In this document: piece after piece, positions 1 to 11,863 of the stretch
Position numbering within the stretch: the stretch's first letter is position 1
Layout of the letters: every line of letters starts with the position of its first letter
Assembly (NCBI RefSeq): GCF_006345805.1
Contig: NW_021824968.1
Location: 1 to 17,116, forward strand
Direction: 5' to 3'
Source: Octopus sinensis
Taxonomy: Eukaryota
Length of the DNA stretch: 17,116 bases
The notes under the pieces: model-generated
The model's input: the letters and a program-made list of their open reading frames with translations, nothing else
What the model was told of the DNA's origin: nothing
The model's database searches: none
Made by a program: the position numbers and the translations under genes

Positions 1-10
1 CCAGTCTAGC

Positions 11-22
11 GGCGCATGCGTA
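11..22. promoter_or_regulatory. NRF1-like motif (GGCGCATGCGTA), possible promoter element
   Basis: Core GCGCATGCG matches the NRF1 palindrome TGCGCATGCGCA with mismatched ends. It lies in unique sequence about 210 bp upstream of a CAG|GTAACT donor at 232/233. Confidence 0.25.
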
Positions 23-357
23 GATCAGATTCATTCATCCTAACACTTTTGCAACTGTCCACCATCTTTACATAAATTGCCTGGGAGAGAACACTTTTCC
101 CTTCACCTCGTATTCGTTTCTAAATAGAACCGGTGCTTTCAACGTGATATGGCCGTAATATAAGGGTTTTCTAGAAGTTATCAATCTTATTTTCCGATAC
201 TTAAGTCCTTTGAAACAGATCAGATTGTTCAGGTAACTCTGGGCAATGTAGAGTCTCCCCGATTCAACGAGAACGCCATTGTTCAACACCGCCACTATAT
301 TTCTATACATTATTAACAAAAAACCTTCCATAGACCGCTTTGCTCTACTGGTAGAGA

Positions 358-497
358 CTGATGCTATTTTGGATAACAGGACAGCAATCCTCACGGAGGC
401 ATTATTCGATTGCATCGATCCCAATATTAAACTGAAACTCTATGCTTTGGACTCCGAAACAATGAAAGGCAAAGTCGATCTCAATTATATTTGAACT
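358..497 (-). mobile_element. Degenerate, 5'-truncated tRNA-derived octopus-type SINE (family A)
   Basis: Minus strand reads AGTTCAAAT...GATCGACTTTGCCTTTCATTGTTTCGGAGTC...ATTGGGATCGATGCAATCGAA. This is a B-box-like GTTCAAAT plus the body seen at 2793-3010 and 16692-16831. Confidence 0.65.
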
Positions 498-519
498 ACT
501 ACTACTGCTACTACTGCTG

Positions 520-565
<46 letters not shown>

Positions 566-839
566 AACAACAACAACCACTACCACGACTATTTCTAATA
601 ATAATAATAATAATAATTATAATAATAATAGTAACAACAACAGTAACAATAAAAATTAGTGTAAAATTATATTCATATAAATACTACATACACCTATAAA
701 TATATATATATATATAATAATATTATTAATAATAATAATAATAATAATACTATATAATAATAATAATAATAATGATGATGATGATGATGATGATGATGAT
801 AATAATACTAATAATAATATAATAATAATAAAAAATAAT

Positions 840-877
<38 letters not shown>

Positions 878-925
878 GAATAATGATGATATGATGATGA
901 TGATGATGTCATTACTGATGATGAT
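495..925. repeat. Compound microsatellite (CTA)n/(CAA)n/(AAT)n/(TA)n/(GAT)n
   Basis: Directly visible tri- and dinucleotide runs. Confidence 0.95.
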
Positions 926-977
926 AAGAATGGCAAAGCGAAGGAAACAGGGAAGGAAAAGCAGAGATGGCAACATC

Positions 978-1152
978 GAAGAAGAAGAAGAAGAAGAAGA
1001 AGAAGAAGAAGAAGAGAAGAAGAAGAAGAAGAAGAAGAAGAAGAAGGAGGAGAAGAAGAAGAAGAAGAAGAAGAAGAAGAAGAAAAACAACAACAACTTC
1101 AGCAACAACAACAATATTAGCACCAGTAACAATAACAACAACCATAATAACA
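978..1152. repeat. (GAA)n microsatellite (978-1084) followed by imperfect (AAC)n
   Basis: About 35 GAA units with two interruptions. This accounts for the poly-E/K/R/F/S/L ORFs. Confidence 0.95.
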
Positions 1153-1659
1153 AGAGTGAGAAGAACCATGAAAACATGTCCTAAAGACTTTGCATGTCAA
1201 CACGCGCCATGCTATCAAAGCAACTACAATGGAAATGGCGTCCATTTTGCTTATGGATGAGTTGTGAGTACCATGACATTATCTTTGAGGTCCTTCACAT
1301 AATTCCTTAATCAGAGTTATGGACACAGCATATTGAAATAAAAAAAGAAGGGAAAATACAAGTCGGGCTTCATTCATAAACTGACATTTCATGCACAAAC
1401 ATATATCCAAGACGAGAATAACAAAATACAAAATACAAGCGAACTTAAAAGTTGAGCGACATGAGCAAACTTTTACACAAAGCGACACGCTTCGTAAAAA
1501 AAAATATAAATACTGATAAACACGTATGTTGTTTGGGTGTGTTTTGTGTACGTATACGAATGTAAACACAAATATACATACACACACACACATGTACAAA
1601 AACACGTTTATACATACGGTCACTAAAAAATACAGGAACAAATGAGTGTATTAGTATAA

Positions 1660-1857
1660 GAATATATGTACGTATGTATGTGTATATATATATATACATA
1701 CACACACACACCACATATATATATATATATATATATACATACATGTACGTATATATACGTATACATATGTGTATATATATTTTCATATATATACATATAT
1801 AGTATATCCATATGTATGTATATATATATATGTATATATATGTATACACACATATAA

Positions 1858-1890
<33 letters not shown>

Positions 1891-2033
1891 ATATATCATT
1901 AACTACAATTTAAAGCATAAATTACACGACAATTAATCAATATGCATCTAAACAGAAATACATACATACATACATATATACATATATATGTATACATACA
2001 TATATATATATATCTATATTTGTATGTATGTTG

Positions 2034-2082
<49 letters not shown>

Positions 2083-2170
2083 GTATGTGTGTGCTTGTGC
2101 GTGTGTATAGATATATATATATATGCGTGTGTATGTATGTGCGTGCATCTGGATGTGCGTGTGTGTGTGT
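1660..2170. repeat. (TA)n/(CA)n/(TG)n low-complexity region
   Basis: Alternating purine-pyrimidine runs that produce the YIYI/CVCV ORFs. Confidence 0.9.
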
Positions 2171-2347
2171 ATCTGAGAATATGTTTACTTCGACTGATAT
2201 TAAAAATATTTTTTAAAAATAGCAAAAACAATCATTTGCGATTCGCTGTTTGTGTTTACGTTGTATCGTCTGTGTTTCGTTTCTTTTTCTTCTTTGCAAA
2301 TGATCATAACGTTTATGTTATTCTTTTTTTCTTTTCATGAATGCCAG

Positions 2348-2578
2348 TCATAATCATCATCATCATCATTATCATTATCACTTTACTCCTCATTCTCCTC
2401 TTCATCTTCATTATCATCATCGTTGTCACCGGCACCACCATCCACACCATCATCACCAATCAACTCAACAACAAACACCGCCATCCTTATCATCATTATT
2501 ATCACCATCATCATCATCACCATCATCATCTTCACCATCATCATCATCACCATCATCATTATCATCTTCGTCATCATC

Positions 2579-2609
<31 letters not shown>

Positions 2610-2653
2610 CCATCCTCATCTTTCTTACCATCACCATGATCATCATCACTATG

Positions 2654-2687
<34 letters not shown>

Positions 2688-2715
2688 CCATCATCCTCCT
2701 CATCATCATCATCAA
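2348..2715. repeat. Imperfect (CAT)n microsatellite
   Basis: About 370 bp of CAT/CAC/TAT triplets. This accounts for the poly-H/S/I/D/M ORFs. Confidence 0.95.
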
Positions 2716-2792
2716 CAGCTGAATTATGATCGTCATCGTGATTATAATCACGACCATTCTTAGCATCATTCCTAAAATTATCACAACAAATA

Positions 2793-3010
2793 ACAGCAGG
2801 AATGACAGAACCGCTAAATTGTTGAACAAATCGGTTTGCGGTATGTTTTTCAACACATTGATTTCTAAGATCAAATTCTGCAAAGATCAACTTTATCTTT
2901 CACTCCAACGGGGTCGATAAAAGAATAAGTACCAGTAAAATATTGGAATAATATATCTGTTAATCAGACAAGACGAGATACTTTGTAGCCCTGAGCCTAT
3001 GCTACAAACA
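2793..3010 (+). mobile_element. Degenerate tRNA-derived octopus-type SINE (family A)
   Basis: TGACAGAACCGCTAA (A-box-like), AGATCAAATTCTG (B-box-like), then CAACTTTATCTTTCACTCCAACGGGGTCGATAAAAGAATAAGTACCAG. Homologous to the minus-strand copies at 358-497, 16692-16831 and 16962-17029. Confidence 0.65.
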
Positions 3011-3653
3011 TAAAAATAAATGATGGATTAATACAACCGTGAGAACACGGAAAATATTGCCTTATGATAATACTTCTAGCTAATAAAATAAACAGACTTT
3101 GAGCACAAGAGTTGATGCAACCGATTTACCCACGTTCACCAAATTACTGGTCTCGAGCCGAATGTTAAAACCAATACATTTCTCCAAGCTCAGGCCGCGA
3201 GCCGGCAAAATCGTTCATACGCAGGACAAAATGCATAGCGACATTTTTCACGCTTTACCGTTCTGCGGTAAAATTCAGGATGTAACGTAGCCAAGTTACG
3301 TATCATTATCTGACAGTTTCAAGTAGATATAGTAAGGTATTAGACAAGTATATTAGACACCGTGCAATCGAATTTTGTATCGAAGTTAAACACAATAACA
3401 ACAGAATGGCGATTATCGTTTTTATATAGGCAAATTTCTTCTTTCTTATATTTCCATTGCACAACAATTTTGTTGTTGCTGTTGTTGTGATTGAGAAGAC
3501 ATAGGTTGTATTGCAGTATGATTTCTTGTTTTATTAAACTTGATATTTACGTACGTTGCCCCCCCTTGCTTCTCCCACATGCACACATAGACACAGACGC
3601 ACACACTCACACGCTTGTATATATGTATACATATATATACATATATATATATT

Positions 3654-3912
3654 ATATATATAATATTAATTAGAGACAAAACCACTATTTTGCAAACAAA
3701 CAAGAAAGACTTAATCAATACATAAAATTTTAATAAAATTTATTATTTAATTTTTATAAAATTTATGTATTGATTAAGTCTTTCCTTGTTTGTTTTGCAA
3801 AATAGTGGTTTTGTCTCTAATTAATATTATATATATTTTACTATAAAATTGGATTTATCCTAAATCTGATTTTTTCCCTGTAAATTTGGATTTATTCCCT
3901 AATTATATTATT
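3654..3912. mobile_element. Foldback element: ~80 bp inverted arms (3654-3732 / 3757-3836) plus one-sided tail 3837-3912, embedded in (TA)n; probably Penelope-like terminus or MITE
   Basis: TAATATTAATTAGAGACAAAACCACTATTTTGCAAAC... is the reverse complement of ...GTTTTGCAAAATAGTGGTTTTGTCTCTAATTAATATTA, with about 3 single-base indels. The class assignment is inference. Confidence 0.7.
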
Positions 3913-3926
3913 ATATATATATATAG

Positions 3927-3970
<44 letters not shown>

Positions 3971-4049
3971 GTGTGTGTATGTATATATATATATATGTAT
4001 TTATAGAGGGAGTATATATCTTTCTATAGACTACATATATATATATATA

Positions 4050-4230
4050 GTTAATCCAAACATTAACAAGCAAGGAAAAAACAACACGCGAGGACGTGGA
4101 ATAAGTGCAGTGTTATTGGAAGCTCAGAATGGAAAGGAAAGGAAAGAAAAATGAGCTTTTCGTCAGAAATTTAGAAAAAGTCCGAAGAAGGGAAGACGAA
4201 GAAAGAAAACCGGCAACGATACACACGCGG

Positions 4231-4232
<2 letters not shown>
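4050..4232 (-). mobile_element. Solo, diverged copy of the hammerhead-bearing element found in the 13921-15426 array; ribozyme partly deleted
   Basis: Shares GTTAATCCAAAC, CGCGAGGACGTGGAA, TTATTGGA.GCTCAG, GAGCT.TTCGTC.GAAA, GAAGGGAAGAC and AACG.TA.AC with 15230-15426. Flanked by (TA)n on both sides. Confidence 0.85.
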
Positions 4233-4265
<33 letters not shown>

Positions 4266-4266
4266 G

Positions 4267-4299
<33 letters not shown>

Positions 4300-4421
4300 A
4301 TATTCATAGGAGTATATATCTTTCTATACACTTTTATGTAACAATTTATATATATATATATATATATAAGCACATACATTTATAGGTGTGTAATATTTAT
4401 ATGCATATAATTAATACACTG

Positions 4422-4475
<54 letters not shown>

Positions 4476-4817
4476 GCTTGGAGGCACGCATATACACATA
4501 TATATGTACATACATACATACATACATACGTACGACACTTTAAAATTTATGCGTATATGTGTACGCTCACTCACACACACACACGTGTTGTGCCAATGGT
4601 GATGTGAACGCGTGTTTAAGTCACTAGATACCCCTGTGCATACATCCATGAGTGTGAATTATTGTCTGCAGCCACATAATTATTGACCACATCTACAAAC
4701 GTATGCATTCATGCATAAACGCACGTATATACTCACACATACACAAACACACACATACACACACATAAGTGCATAGGGTCGGGCGTTCGGACACAAAAAA
4801 CACGTATGAGAAGAATA

Positions 4818-4848
<31 letters not shown>

Positions 4849-5009
4849 TCTTTACACAATATATATTCATGTTTTCAATTACGTACACGCAAATGCACAT
4901 ATATTAGGCTTAAATTCTAAATACCCACACTTAAAAACCCAGAAAAAATCGTATCAAAATTTATATAAATATAATGGTAATGATATTTTATAAATATATA
5001 TATAATCAA

Positions 5010-5087
5010 GTAATAATAATAATAATAATATAATAATAATGACAATAATAATAATAATAATGATAATAATATAATAATAATAATAAT

Positions 5088-5140
<53 letters not shown>

Positions 5141-5168
5141 TAATAATAATAAAATAATAATAATAATG

Positions 5169-5234
<66 letters not shown>

Positions 5235-5430
5235 GCGACAAGAACAGCAATAATAATGCAGGCTTTTATCACTCTCTCCTACCACCATCATCATCATCAT
5301 CATCATCATCATCATTATCGTTATTTTTATGATTTTTGATATTATTATTGCTATTATTATTATCATATTATCATCATCATCATCATCATCATCATTATTA
5401 TAATTATTATTGATGTTGTTCTTCTTGCTG

Positions 5431-5486
<56 letters not shown>

Positions 5487-5522
5487 GTTGTTGTTGTTGT
5501 TATCATTATTATTATTATTATT
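5010..5522. repeat. Compound microsatellite (AAT)n(GAT)n(AAT)n switching to (CAT)n/(TAT)n
   Basis: Directly visible; strand polarity switches across a short unique spacer at about 5235-5284. Confidence 0.95.
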
Positions 5523-5857
5523 TTGTCTCAATATTCTTATACATTAGTGATTATTATTATAATACATATTTTTTTTGTATCATCTAATTTTATTTTTTCA
5601 TTTGTGTTTATTTTTATTTTTATTTCCTTTTGTTGTTGATATTATTTATGCGTGCGTCGCTGGTCAGAATTAGCAGTTAACTTTCAAATAACACGACCTC
5701 CCGCGGGGAAATTAATCGGAGTTCAGACTAGCTTCGATTCTTTGAAAACAGACGTTCAATACCTCTGACATTTAAAATCGTCACATACATTCCAGTCAAT
5801 GTATGGATCTACCTATTCATAAACAAATATAGTTTTGGATACAACCATGCCTGCTGA

Positions 5858-5871
5858 ATATATATATATAT

Positions 5872-5914
<43 letters not shown>

Positions 5915-6260
5915 ATAATATATATAATATATATATAATATATAATATATATATATATTATATATACAATATATATATATAGTTATATATATATTAAAAT
6001 ACATACATATATATATATTCATATATATATACATTCATACATATATACACATATATAATATATATCATTCATATATATAAACATATACATATATATATAT
6101 ATATATATATACATATATATATACATACATACATATATAGTACATATATATAGACATGTATATATATACAAACTATATATATATTTATATATATATATAT
6201 TTCATATATATATACCCCCACACCTACATAGATGCATATACATATACATATATGTATGTG
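5858..6260. repeat. Imperfect (TA)n tract
   Basis: About 400 bp of almost pure TA with CA interruptions. Confidence 0.95.
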
Positions 6261-6599
6261 CCTCTGTGTGTGTATTGGAAAATAAGCTGTGTGTACTATA
6301 CAAATATTTATATCCAATGAGGCATATAAGAGTGAGCAAAAAATTATATGCGTTTGTCTTAAATAGTATTGATTTGAATAGATGCATATACACACGCGTA
6401 CACTTGTAAGTATACGCGAAAAATATCTTAAAGGCTTACATCTATGCAGTTATCACTCTATCTGCCTGCATACGTACAGAAACACACACATATACTTACA
6501 TGCATATATGTGTATGCTTAAATGTACATGCACAATTATATTCATGGATATCGTAATGCCGAATGTGTGCGCGCATGTGTGTGTGCTTATGCGTGTATA

Positions 6600-7086
6600 A
6601 TAGCGTGCCTATATATATATATATGTGTATGTGTGTGTGTGTGTGTGTGCTTGTGTATGTATATATGCGTATATATATGTATGTATATTTATATATATAT
6701 TATATAGTTATGTATGCGTGTGTATATCTTTCTCTTACGTTGCTTTCAATGAATGATACGAAAACAGTCACAGACACACACCCATACATATACGCACTCG
6801 CAGGCACATCCACCCCCACACACACATACTGACACACCACACACATACACCAAACATATATCATACACGCACGTAGGTCCTCACACACACGCATAAACTT
6901 GTACATATTGTGATATGAACATTCTAAATCTTGGCCAATACTAGTCCTAAAGTAAATATATCTATTTGTTATTTTACAGAGAAACACTTCGTCCAGCAGC
7001 GCTAAACTTGAATTAACTGAAGATAATATTTATATTCGTATGGTTGGATGCATCACACACACACATACACACACACATACATACAC

Positions 7087-7149
<63 letters not shown>

Positions 7150-7352
7150 AATACATATAAATAGATCGACCCATGTATATGCACACATATCTATGTATAT
7201 GTATATAGTTATATATCACATCACACACACACATATGTATACCTATATATATGCATGTATGTATATATGTATATATATATATATATACATATAAATATAT
7301 ATATACATTCATAGATATGAGCGTGTGTGTGTGAGTGTGTGTATGTATACAT
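6600..7352. repeat. (TA)n/(TG)n/(CA)n low-complexity blocks around a short unique island (~6900-7050)
   Basis: Directly visible dinucleotide runs. Confidence 0.85.
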
Positions 7353-7551
7353 ATAGTGGTTTAAATAAATCGTACTCTTCTCTCGAATCCAAAACTTTTT
7401 GCCCAGTTAACAAAATGTTGAACTATCAAACGTTGTTTCTCATCAGTTAATTTGAAAGACTGCAGTTCTCTTTTCTAGTTATTGAAATTTTTCCTTCGTT
7501 TCACCCCTACCGCAAAATTTGTTAAATGTAACACCTTAAAAATCGACTCAC

Positions 7552-7873
7552 ATTTGATGTTGGCATCTACCTCATCAAATCGTATTCTATAGTACGAATG
7601 TTTTCACCTCTAACAGCAATACAGCCCGTAGCATAAAGCTAACGAAAAGTATCTTCAAAAGGCACTTTTATCCACATTGTTAGTCATTCTCCAATAGCTA
7701 TATGGACAAAAATAATACAGCGCTCTCCCAACGAATATGGAAATTGCAGCATACGAAATTTCACTGAAATATGTTATGTATATTCTATGATAAATTTCTG
7801 ATACCAATAGGCGAACTCAAAGTCTGACACAGCTAAGCTTCCTGGGGATAATTCTCATTATCCATCAACTCAT
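7552..7873 (-). other. Candidate exon on minus strand (non-coding, or short coding end followed by UTR)
   Basis: Acceptor TTTCTTGTTTGTTTTTCAG (AG at 7875-7874) and donor AAT|GTGAGT (7551-7546) bracket 322 bp of unique sequence. All three frames stop early; the longest opening reads xELMDNENYPQEA*. Confidence 0.3.
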
Positions 7874-8816
7874 CTGAAAAACAAACAAGAAATCGCATCT
7901 TTTCTTTAAGAGCAACCATGTTGCAAAATCCCTGCCTAACAACTTCATTGAAGATTGAACTTCAAAGCGCACACTTACGTGTATTGGACAAACGAACCAA
8001 TCCCATAAACAAGCACGACTTGGTATACAACCAATCACACGCCACTATACACACTATGAACATCATGAAGAATTTTGACTGCAACAATATGAACAATTTT
8101 GCGAGATTCTAGACTTACTTTAATTTCCTTATTTCATATGTAATGATCAGTATTGTTTATTTAACATCGAATGCATTGATGTTTTACATTTTATGAAATA
8201 ACCTTGTTTTCCCACAAAAATCATAACAAGCCATCTACACAACTAACATGGTTATCGAGCGCTTAGTGTTCTAGCATGGACGACACGCTATCTGTCTATC
8301 TTCTTACGAATATATATGTATCTATGTATCTACTCATCTGACTAGCTATCATCTATCTATCTACATGTGTGTGTATCTACCTATCTATCAATCTATTAAT
8401 TTATCTGTCTATCTATTTATTTAGCTATTCAATCAATTTATAATCTTATTGAAAGTTTTGGTTTTTTTAATAAGTGAAAATAAAGGTTTCGTTTATAATG
8501 GATAGGGTTTCCATTTTGTTTTAATCTACACAAATGCATTTCTACGGATTGCTTGAAGCTTACTAATTTCCTACATCTACATCTTGATCCTGGTATCTTA
8601 CCTTCACACCTTTCAGGAACAATAATGGGTTATTGGCGCAGAAGGTTTAGAATTTTTTCCGGATCGAAATATGATGTGGAGAAAAAAGTTAATTTCATGA
8701 TAAACAATTAGTAACAGCGATTATTGTATAACATATAAACATTCAGAATTTAGGGAATCGATAAGATAAAGACCAGAGAAAACATGTTTCAATAATTATT
8801 ATATAATTATATATAA

Positions 8817-8863
<47 letters not shown>

Positions 8864-8866
8864 ATA

Positions 8867-9263
8867 ACAAAGTGGAGTTGTGGGGTACCGCAAGAGTGGA
8901 ATTATATAGGAAAGAAGGTTTGAAAATGCAATTTAAAAGATGTTTATTTACTTTACCGGTTCACTCTTCGGAAAAAGATTGTCAAAAGTAACATGTGGAA
9001 GTTTGGTTGCGTTAATTATTGGTTGTTGCAAATTGCTACATTACATATATACAGTCTTTGGTAACAGGGACATGTTAAGGACATAAAAAAGTTCAACAAG
9101 TTCAACAAGACTGTATATATGTAATGTGGCAATTTGCAACAACCAATAATTAACGCAACCAAACTTCCACATGTTACTTTTGACAATCTTTTTCCAAAGA
9201 GTGAAACCGGTAAAGTAAATAAACATCTTTTAAATTGCATTTTCAAACCTTCTTTCGTATATA
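8867..9263. mobile_element. Foldback element: ~150 bp inverted arms (8910-9058 / 9107-9256), 48 bp spacer, one-sided 36 bp tail (8867-8902), in (TA)n; Penelope-like inverted terminus
   Basis: The arms are reverse complements with about 3 differences. Each arm holds a decayed type I hammerhead layout followed by AATAAA. Confidence 0.8.
9175..9217 (+). ncRNA. Degenerate type I hammerhead-like motif (mirror copy at 8949-8990 on minus strand)
   Basis: UACUU [UUGACAA] UCUUU-uucc-AAAGA GU GAA ACCGGU A AAGUA. Stem I is UACUU/AAGUA, stem II is UCUUU/AAAGA, and stem III is palindromic ACCGGU. The core differs from CUGACGA at 2 positions, so it is probably inactive. Confidence 0.5.
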
Positions 9264-9509
9264 TATATATATATATATACGTACATTTGTCACATAAATG
9301 CATACCAAGTTTTGGCATGCTTCTTTGCTACCCCTGCGTATAATAAGAATACTCTTGTTTATTGTTTGCTTATTACGAGACATGTTTCAATTCTAAGAAA
9401 ATATTGAAATTATGCCAAACTGTTGAATCCATGGATGAAAATGTCTAGAGAATTACAACCTGTATATACAGGAATATGACGAGAAAGACATGCTATTCGT
9501 AGAATCGAG

Positions 9510-9886
9510 GAAGGATTTTTTAGTCGAAGAAATCGACCCTAGGACTTATTCTTTGTAAGTCTAGTATTATTTATTCGATTGCTCTCTTTTGCCGAACCGC
9601 TAAGTTACGGTGACGTATACACACCAACATCGGTTTTCAAGCGATGGTAAGGGGAGGAACACATATATAAAGACACACATATACTCACACACACACACAT
9701 GAATATATGCATATACATATATATGACGAGCTGCTTTCAGTTTCCGTCTACCAAATCCACTCATAAGGATTTGATCAGCCCGAAGATATAGTTGAAGACA
9801 CTTGCCCAAGTTGCCACGCAATGGGACTGAACCTGGGAACCATATGGTTGGAAAGCAAGTTTATTACCGCACACCCATGCCTATAC
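9510..9886 (-). mobile_element. Near full-length tRNA-derived octopus-type SINE (family B) with internal (TA)/(CA) microsatellite
   Basis: Minus strand has a tRNA-like head GGGTGTGCGGTAATAAACTTGC...CAGGTTCAGTCCC, body GGATTTGGTAGACGGAAACTGAAAG, and 3' part TAACTTAGCGGTTCGGCAAAAG. Clearly homologous to 15470-15636. Confidence 0.85.
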
Positions 9887-10370
9887 TTTTGACTAATAAT
9901 GAGAAACGGTTGATATAATTATAACATCAGCCCTCTGCAAAGTTTTTCAATGTTTTAAGATGCTAGGTAAAGTCTTATTATAGAGAGATTTAGCTGCGTT
10001 TTGTAGTAGATCAAGCGTATTAAAGTAATTCCCTTTGATATAATACTCTTTTTTGCATATTCAATCCCTGTCGTTTGTTCCCTAATTTGCACTCATTTGG
10101 TGGACCTATTTTAAAAGTATTACGAACGTGGCCACCACGTGTTTTCGTTTATCTGTAATCGTGAATCGAATTTTCTAATTTCTCCATTTCTTTGAATATA
10201 ACCTGAACTGACTTAATAGATGCTGTTGTGATTTCAGGGGTACGTTTTTGCTAATTGTAACAAGTCAACTCAACTTAATATTTTCTATTTGTTCAAGATC
10301 AACTCTAATCAACTGATAAATTTCCCTACGAAAATTTCTAACTTTTTGATTGTTTTAAAAATCTTTATCT

Positions 10371-10430
10371 ATATAATATGTTTAGTTAGTATTTCTAGCA
10401 ATATATTGTGTTTGGTTAGTATTTCTAGCA
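10371..10430. repeat. 30 bp tandem duplication
   Basis: ATATAATATGTTTAGTTAGTATTTCTAGCA / ATATATTGTGTTTGGTTAGTATTTCTAGCA, 27 of 30 identical. Confidence 0.85.
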
Positions 10431-10810
10431 AACCGAGTGACCATTCCACATTCATACAATGGGCTAAGCACTTTGCATATATCATGTGCGTATATATGCG
10501 TATGACCGCAAAAGCGTTTACATGTGTGTGAGTGTTTGTGTACCTTTTTATGTTACATGCTTGGTTCTATGCAAGAGAGTATGCGTGCTTCTATGCTTTT
10601 ACAGATGTGAAAATTGGTTACGTGTTGCGGTCAAATTATAAAATGGGGTGGCTGAAAGGTGAAACGTGGCAGATATTAGTGGGGTAGGTGTCATGGCAGG
10701 AGCTCAGTCTTGGGCGCACTCCACAAATTAGCTTAAAATGGAATAGAATTATCACCGGTCAAAACCCGCCACACACACACGTACCCACACACACAATTAT
10801 AAAACCGGAA

Positions 10811-10841
10811 TACACACACACACACACACACCTACATACAT

Positions 10842-10909
<68 letters not shown>

Positions 10910-11166
10910 TATATATATATATATCTATATATATAATATTTATATATATATATACATATGCTCATATACACAGATATGTGTATATATATATATGTACATA
11001 CACATCCATACATTGCAAAATACCTTCTCATTCTGTGCCACCTTCCGCCCTTTCATTGTAATTATTTTCAGCAGATTGTCCATTCTTCAAATTAATATGA
11101 GTTTTAAAAAGATTTATTTCACACACACGCACACACACACACACACACTCACACACACACACACAC
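10811..11166. repeat. (CA)n and (TA)n microsatellites
   Basis: Directly visible. Confidence 0.9.
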
Positions 11167-11609
11167 TTGCGCTCATACACTTATTGTCTCTTCACCTCCT
11201 CTCTTCGGCATTCCCTCTCACTCCAATCTCTCAGTCCGTGTATTTTTATAATGATATCTCTTATATCTCTCCTTCTCTCACTTTATCTATTTGGGTTTCG
11301 CCATAACTGCTTCACTTTATCTCTCTCATAGTCTGTAATCGGGTAAATACATTTCGCCTTCTATTGAACGCCTATTCTAAAGAATCAGTTGACCAAAGGA
11401 CCTTTTTTTTATATATTCTTCCCCATCGCCAAATTACTTCAGTTCAAATATCCAGACCGGCCACTCAATAAAATAATGAAAACTGCCTAACGTCATTCCC
11501 GAGCTATATTGAATCTTTAGAATATAGTGGAGTTTTAATGTACAACTAATAGAAAGAAAAGATGGCGCGTGGAAGGGGAGTTAACTGATCGCATTTTAAA
11601 TATATGAGT

Positions 11610-11820
11610 CTGCATGTGTGCTTGCATGTATGCGTGGTGTGCACACGTGTGTTCGTGTATTTGTGTGTATGTCTATATTAAGATGTAATACGTATTTGTG
11701 TTTGTATGTATGTGCTTACATGTATACGTGGTGTGACTACGTGTCCTCGCATTTACGTTTATGCGTTTTATCAAGATGTCCGTCTCTGTATATTAATATG
11801 TGTGTTTATGTATATATATG

Positions 11821-11863
<43 letters not shown>

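Noticed and set aside
68-424. 118-aa minus-strand ORF (and overlapping 279-494 + ORF)
   Set aside because: Starts at a non-ATG codon inside a SINE remnant and has no recognisable domain; treated as a chance ORF.
839-2920. Poly-E/K/R, poly-H, poly-D, poly-S and YIYI ORFs
   Set aside because: Translations of (GAA)n, (CAT)n and (TA)n microsatellites that are open in several frames and on both strands.
3130-3230. Possible hAT-type MITE remnant (GGTCTCGAGCCG / GGCCGCGAGCCGG motifs)
   Set aside because: Only a vague resemblance; no matching second TIR or 8-bp TSD found.
8910-9256. Pre-miRNA or intrinsic terminator interpretation of the hairpin
   Set aside because: The stem is far too long and too perfect, and its architecture fits a transposon-derived inverted repeat.
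9810-9886. tRNA gene calls for A/B-box-containing segments (also 16962-17029, 15570-15636)
   Set aside because: No complete cloverleaf; these are tRNA-derived SINE heads continuous with SINE bodies.
9985-10450. Two weakly similar segments (TTTAGCTGCGTTTTGTAGTAGATCAAGCG and TTGGTTAGTATTTCTAGCAAACCGAGTG)
   Set aside because: May be old repeat fragments, but too short and diverged to call without a search.
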